Assembly (NCBI GenBank): GCA_048939015.1
Contig: JBHLPW010000054.1
Location: 1-32,239, forward strand
Source: Promethearchaeota archaeon
GTDB lineage: Archaea > Asgardarchaeota > Lokiarchaeia > Sigyniarchaeales > SOKP01
Direction: 5' to 3'
DNA length: 32,239 nucleotides
Shown here: positions 18,549-27,368 of the stretch, in pieces
Numbering within the stretch: position 1 is the first letter of the stretch
Layout: each line of letters starts with the position of its first letter
The notes under the pieces: generated by a model
The model's input: only the letters and a program-made list of their open reading frames with translations
What the model was told of the DNA's origin: nothing
Database searches by the model: none
Position numbers and translations under genes: made by a program

Positions 18549-20021
18549 TTGATATATGACGTTATAATAATTGGAGGTGGAGTTACAGGCTGTTGTATAG
18601 CCCGTACACTTTCAAAATATGATTTAAATGTTTGCTTACTTGAGAAAGAAGCGGAGATTGCTTCTGGAACTACTAAAGCTAACTCAGGGGTAATTCACGC
18701 TGGTTATGCCGCAGAAAGGGAATATGTCAAGCGGTATTTATGTATTAAAGGAAATAAATTATATACTCAGGCAGCAGAAGAGTTAAATTTCCCTTTTAAA
18801 CGAATAGGTTCTTTTGTGGTTGCATTAGAGGATAATCAGATTGAAAAATTAGAAGAATATAGAAAAAAGGGTACTGAAGATGGCGTACCTGGACTAGAAG
18901 TAATATTAGATAAAAAGAAAATAAAAGAGATGGAACCACAACTAACAGATGAAGTTGTAGGAGTATTACATGCTCCTACCGCGGGGCTTGCTAGTCCCTA
19001 TGAATTAACTTTCGCCTTAGCTGAAAATGCTGCAATGAATGGCGTGAAATTTTTTAGAAATCATGAAGTTGTTAAAATCAAACATCAAGATTATATTTTT
19101 ACCATAAGAACGTATACAGGTGAATTTCAAACACGAAATTTGATTAATGCAGCGGGGTTATATGCCGCGAGAATTTCTAGTATGATTGGATTGGATTATT
19201 TTAGTATAATGCCAAGAAAAGGAGAATACATTCTTTTTGATCGTAATGCTATTCAATTAAACAAAATACTATTTCCAATTCCCACAAAAGTATCAAAAGG
19301 AATATTAGTATGTCCTACTTTGCATGGTAACACTTTTATAGGGCCTAATGCTCAAAATATTACTGATCCTGATGATATAGCTACAACAACTGCAGGTTTA
19401 AAAGAGATTTTAGACGGAGGGGTGCAACTAGTTCCCAATCTTCCTTTAAGAAGCTCAATTAGAAATTTCGCCGGTTTAAGAGCCGTTCCTGATACTTATG
19501 ATTTTATTATTGATAACACGGACGTTTATGGCTATATTAACGTTGCTGGTATTCTATCTCCTGGTTTAACAGCTACGTTCGCAATTGCAGAAAAAGTGGT
19601 TGAATTTCTCGAATTATTAGGTGTGGAATTAAAAGAAAAAGAGGATTATAATCCAATCAGACAAAAACCCGAACGATTTAAAGACTTTACTAAAGAGGAA
19701 CTTGATAAAAAAATTCAAGAAGATCCAGCATGGGGCAGAATTATTTGTCGATGTGAAACTATCCCAGAAAAAGAAATAATTAATGCTATTCATGCTCCAG
19801 TAGGTGCAAATACCGTAGATGGAGTAAAATTTAGGTGTAGACCAGGTATGGGACGTTGTCAAGGTGGATTCTGTAGACCACGAGTTATAGAAATTTTATC
19901 AAGAGAATTAAATAAAAAGTATGAACAAATTACTAAACGGGGAGAAGACACCAATATCTTAATTGGAAAAACAAAAGATTTTCTTTTGGGAAATAACAGA
20001 GGAGGTCCTAGAGAAGAATGA
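18549..20021 (+). CDS. FAD-dependent oxidoreductase, GlpA-like glycerol-3-phosphate dehydrogenase / L-2-hydroxyglutarate oxidase family, with a C-terminal BFD-like [2Fe-2S] domain
   Basis: IIGGGVTG, GTTKANSGVIHAG, INAAGLYA, FAGLRA, SPGLTA, IICRCETI...GMGRCQGGFC. TTG start. Confidence 0.9.
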   Translation: MIYDVIIIGGGVTGCCIARTLSKYDLNVCLLEKEAEIASGTTKANSGVIHAGYAAEREYVKRYLCIKGNKLYTQAAEELNFPFKRIGSFVVALEDNQIEKLEEYRKKGTEDGVPGLEVILDKKKIKEMEPQLTDEVVGVLHAPTAGLASPYELTFALAENAAMNGVKFFRNHEVVKIKHQDYIFTIRTYTGEFQTRNLINAAGLYAARISSMIGLDYFSIMPRKGEYILFDRNAIQLNKILFPIPTKVSKGILVCPTLHGNTFIGPNAQNITDPDDIATTTAGLKEILDGGVQLVPNLPLRSSIRNFAGLRAVPDTYDFIIDNTDVYGYINVAGILSPGLTATFAIAEKVVEFLELLGVELKEKEDYNPIRQKPERFKDFTKEELDKKIQEDPAWGRIICRCETIPEKEIINAIHAPVGANTVDGVKFRCRPGMGRCQGGFCRPRVIEILSRELNKKYEQITKRGEDTNILIGKTKDFLLGNNRGGPREE

Positions 20022-21316
20022 AAAAATATGAAGTAGATGTTGCAGTTATTGGGGGAGGATCCGCAGGTTTAGCATCTGCCATAATTGTTAAAAAAGCAGG
20101 ACTGGATGTTCTAATTATAGAAAGAGATAAAGAATTAGGAGGAATTACTCTCCAATGCATTCATAATGGCTTTGGTTTACATGAATTCAAAGAAGAATTA
20201 ACTGGACCCGAATATGTCCAAAGATTTATAAATCAGGCAAAAGAACTAAATATTCCTTCTAAATTAGATACAATGGTAATAGAATTTACACCAGATAAGA
20301 TAATATATGCGGTAAATAAAAAAGAAGGTCTAATTGAGATTAAAGCAAAATCAATAATCCTTGCAATGGGTTGCCGAGAAAGAACTAGAGGTGCTATTAA
20401 TATACCTGGTTTTCGACCTGCTGGAATATATACTGCCGGACAAGCTCAAAGATTCGTGAACATTGAAGGGTATCTTCCAGGTAGAACATTTGTTATTTTA
20501 GGAAGTGGAGATATTGGGATGATTATGGCTCGTCGTCTAACCTGGGAGGGTTGTCAAGTCAAAGCGGTGGTGGAAATTCAACCTTATGTAAGTGGTTTAA
20601 TCAGAAATGAAGTTCAATGTCTAGAAGATTATGGCATTCCATTGATAACCAGCTATACTGTAACAAAGATTCATGGAAAGGAGAGAGTTCAAGGCGTAAC
20701 AATATCTAAAGTAGATAGAAAATTTGATAGAGTTATAGGATCTGATAAATTTATCGAATGTGATACTCTTCTTTTATCTGTTGGATTAATTCCTGAAAAT
20801 GAATTAACCAGAGAAGCAGGAGCGGGAATTTCCCAAATGGGAGGTCCTGTCGCGGATAATAACTTAGAAACAACAATTGAAGGAATTTTTGCCTGTGGAA
20901 ATGTGTTACAAGTTCATGATTTAGTCGATTTAGTTACTGCTGAAGCAAAGCGAGCAGGATTAAACGCTGTAGAATATATTAAAGAAAGATGGGGCAAGAA
21001 ATTAGGAGCTAAAGACCAAATAAAATGTATTCCCGGAGAAAACGTTAACTATGTAAAACCTGATTTAATTAATCGTTCTGATTTATCTAAAGATAATATC
21101 TTCACATTTAGAGTAAAACGTCCAGATAGGAGACTTTTAATTCAAATTAAAGATGAAAATAACAAAATTATATATAAGAGAAAAAGGAGATACGTTATTC
21201 CTAGTGAAATGCTTGAGATAAAATTAAATTTAAGTGAACAACAAATAAATCCTGATTGTAAAAGCTTGGAGGTTGAAGTAATCCCTCGCCCAGAGGTACT
21301 TATCGAGGAGGATTGA
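20018..21316 (+). CDS. NAD(P)/FAD-dependent pyridine nucleotide-disulfide oxidoreductase (partner of the GlpA-like subunit)
   Basis: GGGSAG, LGGITLQCIHNGFG, AMGCRER, GSGDIG, GIFACGNV. ATGA overlap with the upstream gene and GGAGGT SD at 20001-20006. Confidence 0.9.
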   Translation: MKKYEVDVAVIGGGSAGLASAIIVKKAGLDVLIIERDKELGGITLQCIHNGFGLHEFKEELTGPEYVQRFINQAKELNIPSKLDTMVIEFTPDKIIYAVNKKEGLIEIKAKSIILAMGCRERTRGAINIPGFRPAGIYTAGQAQRFVNIEGYLPGRTFVILGSGDIGMIMARRLTWEGCQVKAVVEIQPYVSGLIRNEVQCLEDYGIPLITSYTVTKIHGKERVQGVTISKVDRKFDRVIGSDKFIECDTLLLSVGLIPENELTREAGAGISQMGGPVADNNLETTIEGIFACGNVLQVHDLVDLVTAEAKRAGLNAVEYIKERWGKKLGAKDQIKCIPGENVNYVKPDLINRSDLSKDNIFTFRVKRPDRRLLIQIKDENNKIIYKRKRRYVIPSEMLEIKLNLSEQQINPDCKSLEVEVIPRPEVLIEED

Positions 21317-21338
21317 ATTAAAAAGGAGGTAATAAAAA

Positions 21339-21734
21339 ATGTCAACAAAATCTAATGAAACTGAACTTCCTGAAGGTTTTAAGGATATAAGATGTATAGT
21401 ATGCCCCACAGGCTGTCTTGTACACGTTGAAAACGTCAACGGAGAGCTAATCATTGAAGGGCATTCATGTAAAAGAGGAGAAGAATATGCTAGAGAAGAG
21501 TTTATAGCTCCAAAGAGAATACTCACTACAACAATGCGAGTAGAAGATGGGTTTTTACCTTTAATTCCTGTGAGATCAGATAAACCTATTCCAAAAGATA
21601 AACTTGATGACAGTTTGAAAGTAATTGCAAAAGTAAAAATTAAAGCTCCAATTAAAATGGGAGATATTCTAATAAAAAATATTCTTGAACTTGATGTTAA
21701 TATTATTGCGAGTAGAGATTTATTAGAAATCTAA
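21339..21734 (+). CDS. DUF1667 family CxxC protein (third gene of the GlpA-like triad)
   Basis: CIVCPTGC...GHSCKRGEEYA..E...PKRILTTT...APIKMGD.LI.N. AGGAGGT SD at 21324-21330. Confidence 0.88.
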   Translation: MSTKSNETELPEGFKDIRCIVCPTGCLVHVENVNGELIIEGHSCKRGEEYAREEFIAPKRILTTTMRVEDGFLPLIPVRSDKPIPKDKLDDSLKVIAKVKIKAPIKMGDILIKNILELDVNIIASRDLLEI

Positions 21735-21777
21735 AATTTTTACCTGTAATAATTATTAATATTATATTGTATTATTA

Positions 21778-22233
21778 ATGCCAGACTTAGACCAAGTATA
21801 TAGGGTTCAGGAAAATTTGTATATTGGAGGATACTGGCCGGGATTAAACTTTAAAAAGCTTAAGAAAATTGGAATTACTGCTATTGTAAATCTAATGGAG
21901 GAAAGTCATTATAATCCGAGATATTTAGGATTTGCATATTTACATAGAGGATTTCCAGATGATACTTATATTCCTCATGCTTATTTGGAAGAAATTCTAG
22001 CTTTTATTGAGGTAAACTTAAAAAATAAAGGAAAGGTTTTAGTTCATTGTTCAATGGGGATTTCACGAAGTGGAGGAATAATTTGCGCCTGGTTATTGAA
22101 GTTTAATCCAACATGGAGTTGGAAAGATGCACTTTCTTATGTTAGTAAAGTAAAGTACATTGCACCAGCAGTGGAAATTAGAGAATCTATTCTTGATTAT
22201 TTTGAAAAATTTGAAAAAAAAAGAAGATATTAA
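21778..22233 (+). CDS. Dual-specificity protein phosphatase
   Basis: LYIGG, GITAIVNL, FPDD general-acid loop, VLVHCSMGISRS (CX5R). Confidence 0.92.
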   Translation: MPDLDQVYRVQENLYIGGYWPGLNFKKLKKIGITAIVNLMEESHYNPRYLGFAYLHRGFPDDTYIPHAYLEEILAFIEVNLKNKGKVLVHCSMGISRSGGIICAWLLKFNPTWSWKDALSYVSKVKYIAPAVEIRESILDYFEKFEKKRRY

Positions 22234-22460
22234 TGATCTTTAAGAGTTAATCGTGTTTTTGCACCAATTTCATTGAACTCTGATGGTTTCATAATAGAAA
22301 GATTTCAATTAAAAAAGATAGAAGAGGTTATTATATATCTGATATAATTGATTCTTTTGATGACTTTCAATTTACTAAAATATATAAAATCTAACTTAGA
22401 TTAGATTGTTAAAAAAAAATTGAAATAATTTTTAAAAACTAAAATTAAAGGAGACATACT

Positions 22461-22790
22461 TTGTCAGAATTTGAACTAAAAGTATTGAAACTACTTGAAG
22501 ATATTAATGGTAAGTTAGACAAATTACTAAAAGCTGAACCTATTTCTGTAAGTTCAACAATATCGGCACCTACACCATCAACAGTTAAACCTTCTGCTAT
22601 AGTTGAGAAGCAAGAAGAAGAAGCACGAATGGAAGAAAAACCTCCTGTTGAAGGTCGCCGAATCTGCCCCGAGTGTGGAGGAACTACCTTCGCTACTCAT
22701 GAGGACAGAAGCCAAGTTTTACATCAAATGGGCGGTGTAAAGATTTACGCAAAAAAATATGTCTGCAAACAATGCGGATATGAATATTAA
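22461..22790 (+). CDS. Small protein: N-terminal coiled coil, S/T/P/E linker, C-terminal zinc ribbon homologous to the gelsolin C-terminus
   Basis: AAAGGAGA SD before a TTG start. LLEDINGKLDKLL heptads, then GRRICPECGG...IYAKKYVCKQCGYEY. Confidence 0.85.
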   Translation: MSEFELKVLKLLEDINGKLDKLLKAEPISVSSTISAPTPSTVKPSAIVEKQEEEARMEEKPPVEGRRICPECGGTTFATHEDRSQVLHQMGGVKIYAKKYVCKQCGYEY

Positions 22791-22914
22791 GATCGTTAAT
22801 AATTTTCACAAAATTTTTATTCAAATTTATTTCTTTTTCTTTAATTAATATATACTCGAAAATAAAAGTATTAAATATTACTCTTGAACAATATTTTGAA
22901 CTTTTTCACCTTTC

Positions 22915-23373
22915 TTAAAAACGACAATAGTAGGTTCTAGTAAGAATTAGAAGTAACCCACTGAGTATAGGAAAAATGAAACTAAAATTAATAATATAAC
23001 CATAAGGGTATACAAAATTCAGAGCTCCCAAGATAAATGAACTCATAATCCATAAGGAATACAAAATTAAACTTAGTATACCCCACTTCTGCCATTTTTG
23101 TGAAATATCATCTAAACTATCGGGATTTCTCCTTAAGACATAGAATGATCTTAATAGAAAAATAATTAATAAAACATAAAATAAGGAAATGATTTTCTGA
23201 GGAATATCAAGAATATTTATTCCATCTATAAAGGGAATATAACGATATCCCCAAATCCAAAAATGGTCAGTAAACTGAGAAGGGATAGAAGCAAAACTTA
23301 AAATTGGGAAAATGAACGATAATACTGTTGAAAATATCGCACTACAAAGAAAAATATACAGTACCTTCTTCAT
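22915..23373 (-). CDS. Hypothetical membrane protein (about 4 TM)
   Basis: Four hydrophobic segments and an FWIWG motif after TM1. Confidence 0.65.
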   Translation of the reverse strand: MKKVLYIFLCSAIFSTVLSFIFPILSFASIPSQFTDHFWIWGYRYIPFIDGINILDIPQKIISLFYVLLIIFLLRSFYVLRRNPDSLDDISQKWQKWGILSLILYSLWIMSSFILGALNFVYPYGYIINFSFIFPILSGLLLILTRTYYCRF

Positions 23374-23538
23374 TGCAATTAAACAACTAAATAAAGTATA
23401 AAAATATTAGGACATTTGCGGAAAAAATTAAAATTCACTTTTTAGTTATGATGCTATAATATTTTTTAGTTAGATTTTTAATTTCAATATACTTTAAATT
23501 CTTAAATATTATAATACCTATACGCGGTGTAGTATCGA

Positions 23539-24621
23539 ATTCCTCGACGGAGAATTAAGACTTATATTCAATACATTAGAAACTTCTTATTAAACAATTT
23601 TACTAACCGAAAGATTCCATATTCCGCTCAGATCGAATTAACACTACGCTGCAATAGTAAATGCCCCTTTTGTTCCATCCATTCTTTACCTGAATCAATC
23701 TTAAGAACTGATATGACCACAGAACAAATAAAGTATCTAATTGATGAATTAGCTAATTTAGGAATCCTCGCACTTTCATTTACAGGTGGAGAACCAACAT
23801 TAAGAAAAGATTTACCAGAACTAATATATCATACTGGTGTAGTTCATAACTTTATGAATGGGATAGCCACCAACGGGTATTTACTCCCGAAATTATTTAA
23901 AGAGAATAAGATGGAAGGATTAGATTATGTTTTGATCTCATTAGATTACCCAACTCCGGAGCAACATAATAAAATGAGAGGAATCAAAGTCTTTGATAAA
24001 ATAATTGAATCTATTCAATTGGCGAATAAACGAGATATCAAGACTATTATTAGTACCGTTGTTATGAAAGATAATATCCATTTAATGGAAAATATTTGCC
24101 AATTGGCTGAAAAGCTCGGTTGCTCAATAGAAATTTATCCATGTGAAGATATTATCAGAGATTATCCAAATAAAAGCTATCAAATACAAAATATTAATGA
24201 GATGATCCCTGATATATCGATTTGGGCAAATCAAATTCGATTATTGAGAAAAAAATATCGTAATATCTTAACAGATCCTTTTAGTGTAAATGTGGTTCAA
24301 AGTGGTTTCGGGGGTTATCCAACTTATAATCAAGACATTCTCCGCTGTCATGTTGCCGAAGCATACTTATTTATTAGTCACGATGGATTTATTAGTTATC
24401 CATGCAAAATTCATCCTATTGCTAAATTTAATGCTTTAAAATTTCCATTATCTACAATTTATTATTCTGATAAAGTAAAGGAAATAATGAAAATGCATGA
24501 TAATTATAAGTTCTGTAATAATTGTCGCCTGGGGTGTGCTATAGCATCATCGATACCAACACGTTGGAAAACTGTATATGCTAAATATATTAAGGGATTT
24601 ATAGATGGTGGATTAAGATAA
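23539..24621 (+). CDS. Radical SAM enzyme with a C-terminal SPASM/twitch-like Cys domain (start uncertain, possibly ATT at 23539)
   Basis: In frame upstream of the called ATG (23713) lies ELTLRCNSKCPFC (CxxxCxxC, 23650-23673). Downstream motifs are FTGGEPTLR, ATNG, ISLD, C..AEAYLFISHDG.ISYPC and CNNCRLGC. Confidence 0.85.
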   Translation: MPRRRIKTYIQYIRNFLLNNFTNRKIPYSAQIELTLRCNSKCPFCSIHSLPESILRTDMTTEQIKYLIDELANLGILALSFTGGEPTLRKDLPELIYHTGVVHNFMNGIATNGYLLPKLFKENKMEGLDYVLISLDYPTPEQHNKMRGIKVFDKIIESIQLANKRDIKTIISTVVMKDNIHLMENICQLAEKLGCSIEIYPCEDIIRDYPNKSYQIQNINEMIPDISIWANQIRLLRKKYRNILTDPFSVNVVQSGFGGYPTYNQDILRCHVAEAYLFISHDGFISYPCKIHPIAKFNALKFPLSTIYYSDKVKEIMKMHDNYKFCNNCRLGCAIASSIPTRWKTVYAKYIKGFIDGGLR

Positions 24622-24738
24622 TAGCGTGTTTTATTTTTCACATTCCTTATCTCAAGGTCTAATCAAATTATAGAAAGAAAATTAGGAATTCAAAAAATTT
24701 AATTTTAAATATATTTTTCCTAATATAGTGATTACATT

Positions 24739-25353
24739 ATGTCAAACGCAGTAATAATTATTCAAATTATGTTCATAACCATCGGTATGATAGTCTTGGG
24801 TATGATTCTTAATTATGTTTTAGGATTAAGAAAAGAAAATATGAGTGAAATGAGGAAAAAAGCATTAAACCTTCAAGAGCGTATGAGAAACGCTCAACTT
24901 TTAAACGATTATCAGATGATGGCTCAAATGCAACGTGAATCAATGCAATTTATGAAATTAATGATGAAGAAGCAATTCGTCCCAATGTGCATTAGATGTG
25001 CAATTTTTTTAGGGATATATGCAATTCTTCTATTAATTTATTCCGATTACGCGAGTGGATTATTACCATTCCCGGTGTTATTTTTCGGGAATGGATGGGT
25101 TGCATTATATTTTCTTTTTTCAATTGGATTTTCTTTACTAATATATGGAGTAAAAAAGTTATATCAAAAAGTAACTGGAAAGACAACAAAATCACAGAGT
25201 ATGTTACGAGAAATTTTGGGAATGATCTCTCCTACTCAACAAGGTGTTGGTGTTCCCTTAGAAATGACTTCTAGTACACAAACTCAATCAGATAGCTCCA
25301 TTGACATACCTCCAGAAACAAAAGAATCTTGGAAAGACCGCATTGAAGATTAA
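24739..25353 (+). CDS. DUF106 / EMC3-TMCO1-Get1 (Oxa1 superfamily) membrane insertase-like protein
   Basis: TM1, Met-rich cytosolic coiled coil (QMMAQMQRESMQFMKLMMKKQFVPM), TM2, LPFP...GWVALYFLFS TM3, followed by a hydrophilic tail. Confidence 0.8.
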   Translation: MSNAVIIIQIMFITIGMIVLGMILNYVLGLRKENMSEMRKKALNLQERMRNAQLLNDYQMMAQMQRESMQFMKLMMKKQFVPMCIRCAIFLGIYAILLLIYSDYASGLLPFPVLFFGNGWVALYFLFSIGFSLLIYGVKKLYQKVTGKTTKSQSMLREILGMISPTQQGVGVPLEMTSSTQTQSDSSIDIPPETKESWKDRIED

Positions 25354-25396
25354 ATCAACTTTTTAAACTAATTGCCGTTAAAACTACAAATCAAAA

Positions 25397-25690
25397 ATGA
25401 ATCTTAAAATTGCTTTAAATGTAGCTTTTATTGTATTGACTATATTTTTTTTAATCCTATCTTTCATGATTGATTTCTTTTTCTTTATTCCGATTATTTG
25501 TTTCTTATCATTCCCTTTTAGATCAACTAGACAAACAGGAATTAAATCTAAAACAAAGATGAAAGAATATGACTCTTATCAGGATCTTAAAAAACTAGAA
25601 GTAAGATATTGCCCTAGATGTGGTGGAGAAATATCAAAATCAATTGCGAGATTTTGCTACCACTGTGGAGAAAAATTAAATAATATTTAA
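25397..25690 (+). CDS. Membrane protein with a C-terminal zinc ribbon
   Basis: Two N-terminal TM segments, then YCPRCG.EI...ARFCYHCGEKL. Confidence 0.8.
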   Translation: MNLKIALNVAFIVLTIFFLILSFMIDFFFFIPIICFLSFPFRSTRQTGIKSKTKMKEYDSYQDLKKLEVRYCPRCGGEISKSIARFCYHCGEKLNNI

Positions 25691-25701
25691 TATGAGGTTA
25701 T

Positions 25702-26178
25702 ATGATGACAGAAAATAATGATATGAAAAGACAAATGACGCTCTATTTTTTATTTGCAGCACTTATGATCGGACTGAACTATTTAATTCAAAAGTTAAAC
25801 CAATTAGTCATAGCTCCTGCTTTCTGTCAAAATTTTGGTACAATTGAATTTTTTCATGTATTATATTGTTCAGCTATACCATATAATATGCCAGAATTAA
25901 TGGGAAGCATTATAGCAGTAGGTATTACATATATTATTAAATTTTTCTTGGATAAATTTATTGTTTTTAAAAAGACAGAAAAACAACTAAAACAGACTTC
26001 GATTGAATTTATGAAATATTTTGGATTTGCTATTTTAACCACAATAGAAAATATCGGAATTCAATTTCTATTAACAAATTTTCTAAATACACCCCTAGAA
26101 ATAAGTTTTATTGTTGCATTATCTATAGGATATTTAACAAAGTTTTTCCTTGATAGAAAATATGTTTTTAACATTTAA
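25702..26178 (+). CDS. GtrA-like membrane protein
   Basis: Four TM segments with the duplicated motif KFFLDKFIVFK / KFFLDRKYVFN typical of the GtrA family. Confidence 0.8.
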   Translation: MMTENNDMKRQMTLYFLFAALMIGLNYLIQKLNQLVIAPAFCQNFGTIEFFHVLYCSAIPYNMPELMGSIIAVGITYIIKFFLDKFIVFKKTEKQLKQTSIEFMKYFGFAILTTIENIGIQFLLTNFLNTPLEISFIVALSIGYLTKFFLDRKYVFNI

Positions 26179-26244
26179 TGATTATTAATATTTCAAGAAG
26201 GTATAATAAAAAAATTTAATAAATTGAAAGGTGTTGTTAATCAT

Positions 26245-27339
26245 ATGCCAGATGAAGATCGTGAGGAAGAAGGAGATAAATCGATCGTTGATGCCCTCTC
26301 AACACTCGGTTGGGTAGAAGAAGAGGAAGAAGAAGAAGAAACCTTAGCCACAGATGAGAATCTTAAGGAACAACTAAGTTTCTTTATAGAAGAAAATAAA
26401 AGATTAGTAGGAGAGATCACAGAAAAAAATGAAAAACTGCAGATATTAGAGGAAAAGATTCAGGAATTATCTCAAAAAACTGATGAAAAAACAGTCCAAA
26501 ATGAAGCTATAGAGAAATTATATGAAACAATAGAAAATAAAGATAGACAGATCAAAGATTTGGACTCTACTCTTGATGAACAATCTACCAAATTAAACAA
26601 GATTATTAATGATCAAATTGAAAAAATTAAGGAGTTAAATACACAAATAGAACAATCTCAATCAGATCAAACCGAAAATCAAGCATTAGAGAATAAATTG
26701 GAGGAAAAAGAGACCATAATTAAAGAATTAAAAGAACAATTGCAATTCCTTGAAACAGACTCTATTCAAAAATCTAAATTTGAAAAACTCGAATTACTCT
26801 TAGAAAAAAAAGATGAGATAATAACTGAAAAAGAAAAAGAGATTTTCACTCTTGAAAATGAAGTTAAAACAGCGAAACAAAAGATTCATGATCTCCAACA
26901 GCAAATTGAAACATTTACCTTAGTTAAAAAAGAACTTGAGATGAAAGTCGAGAGAAACAAATCATTAGCAGTAGAAATTGAAGAGAATAAACAAAGAAAT
27001 ATTACCAATCAAGAAATAATTGAACGACTTGAAGAAAAATTGGAAGAAGCTCACAATAAATCAGGAAAACTTACTGGTAAGTTTGAATTAGAACTAGCTA
27101 ATCTTCGCAGTATATTAGATGATAAAGAAAATGTAATAAAAAATTTAAGAATAGAAGCAACAAAAGCAAAAGATTTTTCTCAAGAAATTGAACAAGTAGA
27201 AGAGAAATATTTAGATGAGATTAATAAAATAAAAGATGAAAAAATGGTACTTGAATCGGAAGTTGAACAAAAAAATGATGAAATTATTGAATTGAAAAAG
27301 AAGATTAAATTAATGAGAAGAGACCTTCAAAGAATTTAA
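26245..27339 (+). CDS. Long coiled-coil protein with an acidic N-terminus
   Basis: GGTG SD at 26230-26233 favours ATG 26245. About 330 aa of E/K/Q/L/I-rich heptads with no proline after residue 2 and no ATPase motif. Confidence 0.8.
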   Translation: MPDEDREEEGDKSIVDALSTLGWVEEEEEEEETLATDENLKEQLSFFIEENKRLVGEITEKNEKLQILEEKIQELSQKTDEKTVQNEAIEKLYETIENKDRQIKDLDSTLDEQSTKLNKIINDQIEKIKELNTQIEQSQSDQTENQALENKLEEKETIIKELKEQLQFLETDSIQKSKFEKLELLLEKKDEIITEKEKEIFTLENEVKTAKQKIHDLQQQIETFTLVKKELEMKVERNKSLAVEIEENKQRNITNQEIIERLEEKLEEAHNKSGKLTGKFELELANLRSILDDKENVIKNLRIEATKAKDFSQEIEQVEEKYLDEINKIKDEKMVLESEVEQKNDEIIELKKKIKLMRRDLQRI

Positions 27340-27368
27340 AAAAAGAATAAAAAATAAATATTAAAAAC

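Noticed and set aside
23527-23532. Pyrrolysine decoding of GTG-TAG at the radical SAM 5' end
   Set aside because: No pyl genes in the window, TAG is used as a normal stop (e.g. 18367-18369), and the GTG is better explained as part of an SD motif.
26316-26340. GAA-rich microsatellite-like run
   Set aside because: It simply encodes the poly-Glu tract of the coiled-coil protein.
26245-27339. SMC/Rad50 assignment for the coiled-coil protein
   Set aside because: No Walker A/B motif, hinge or zinc hook.
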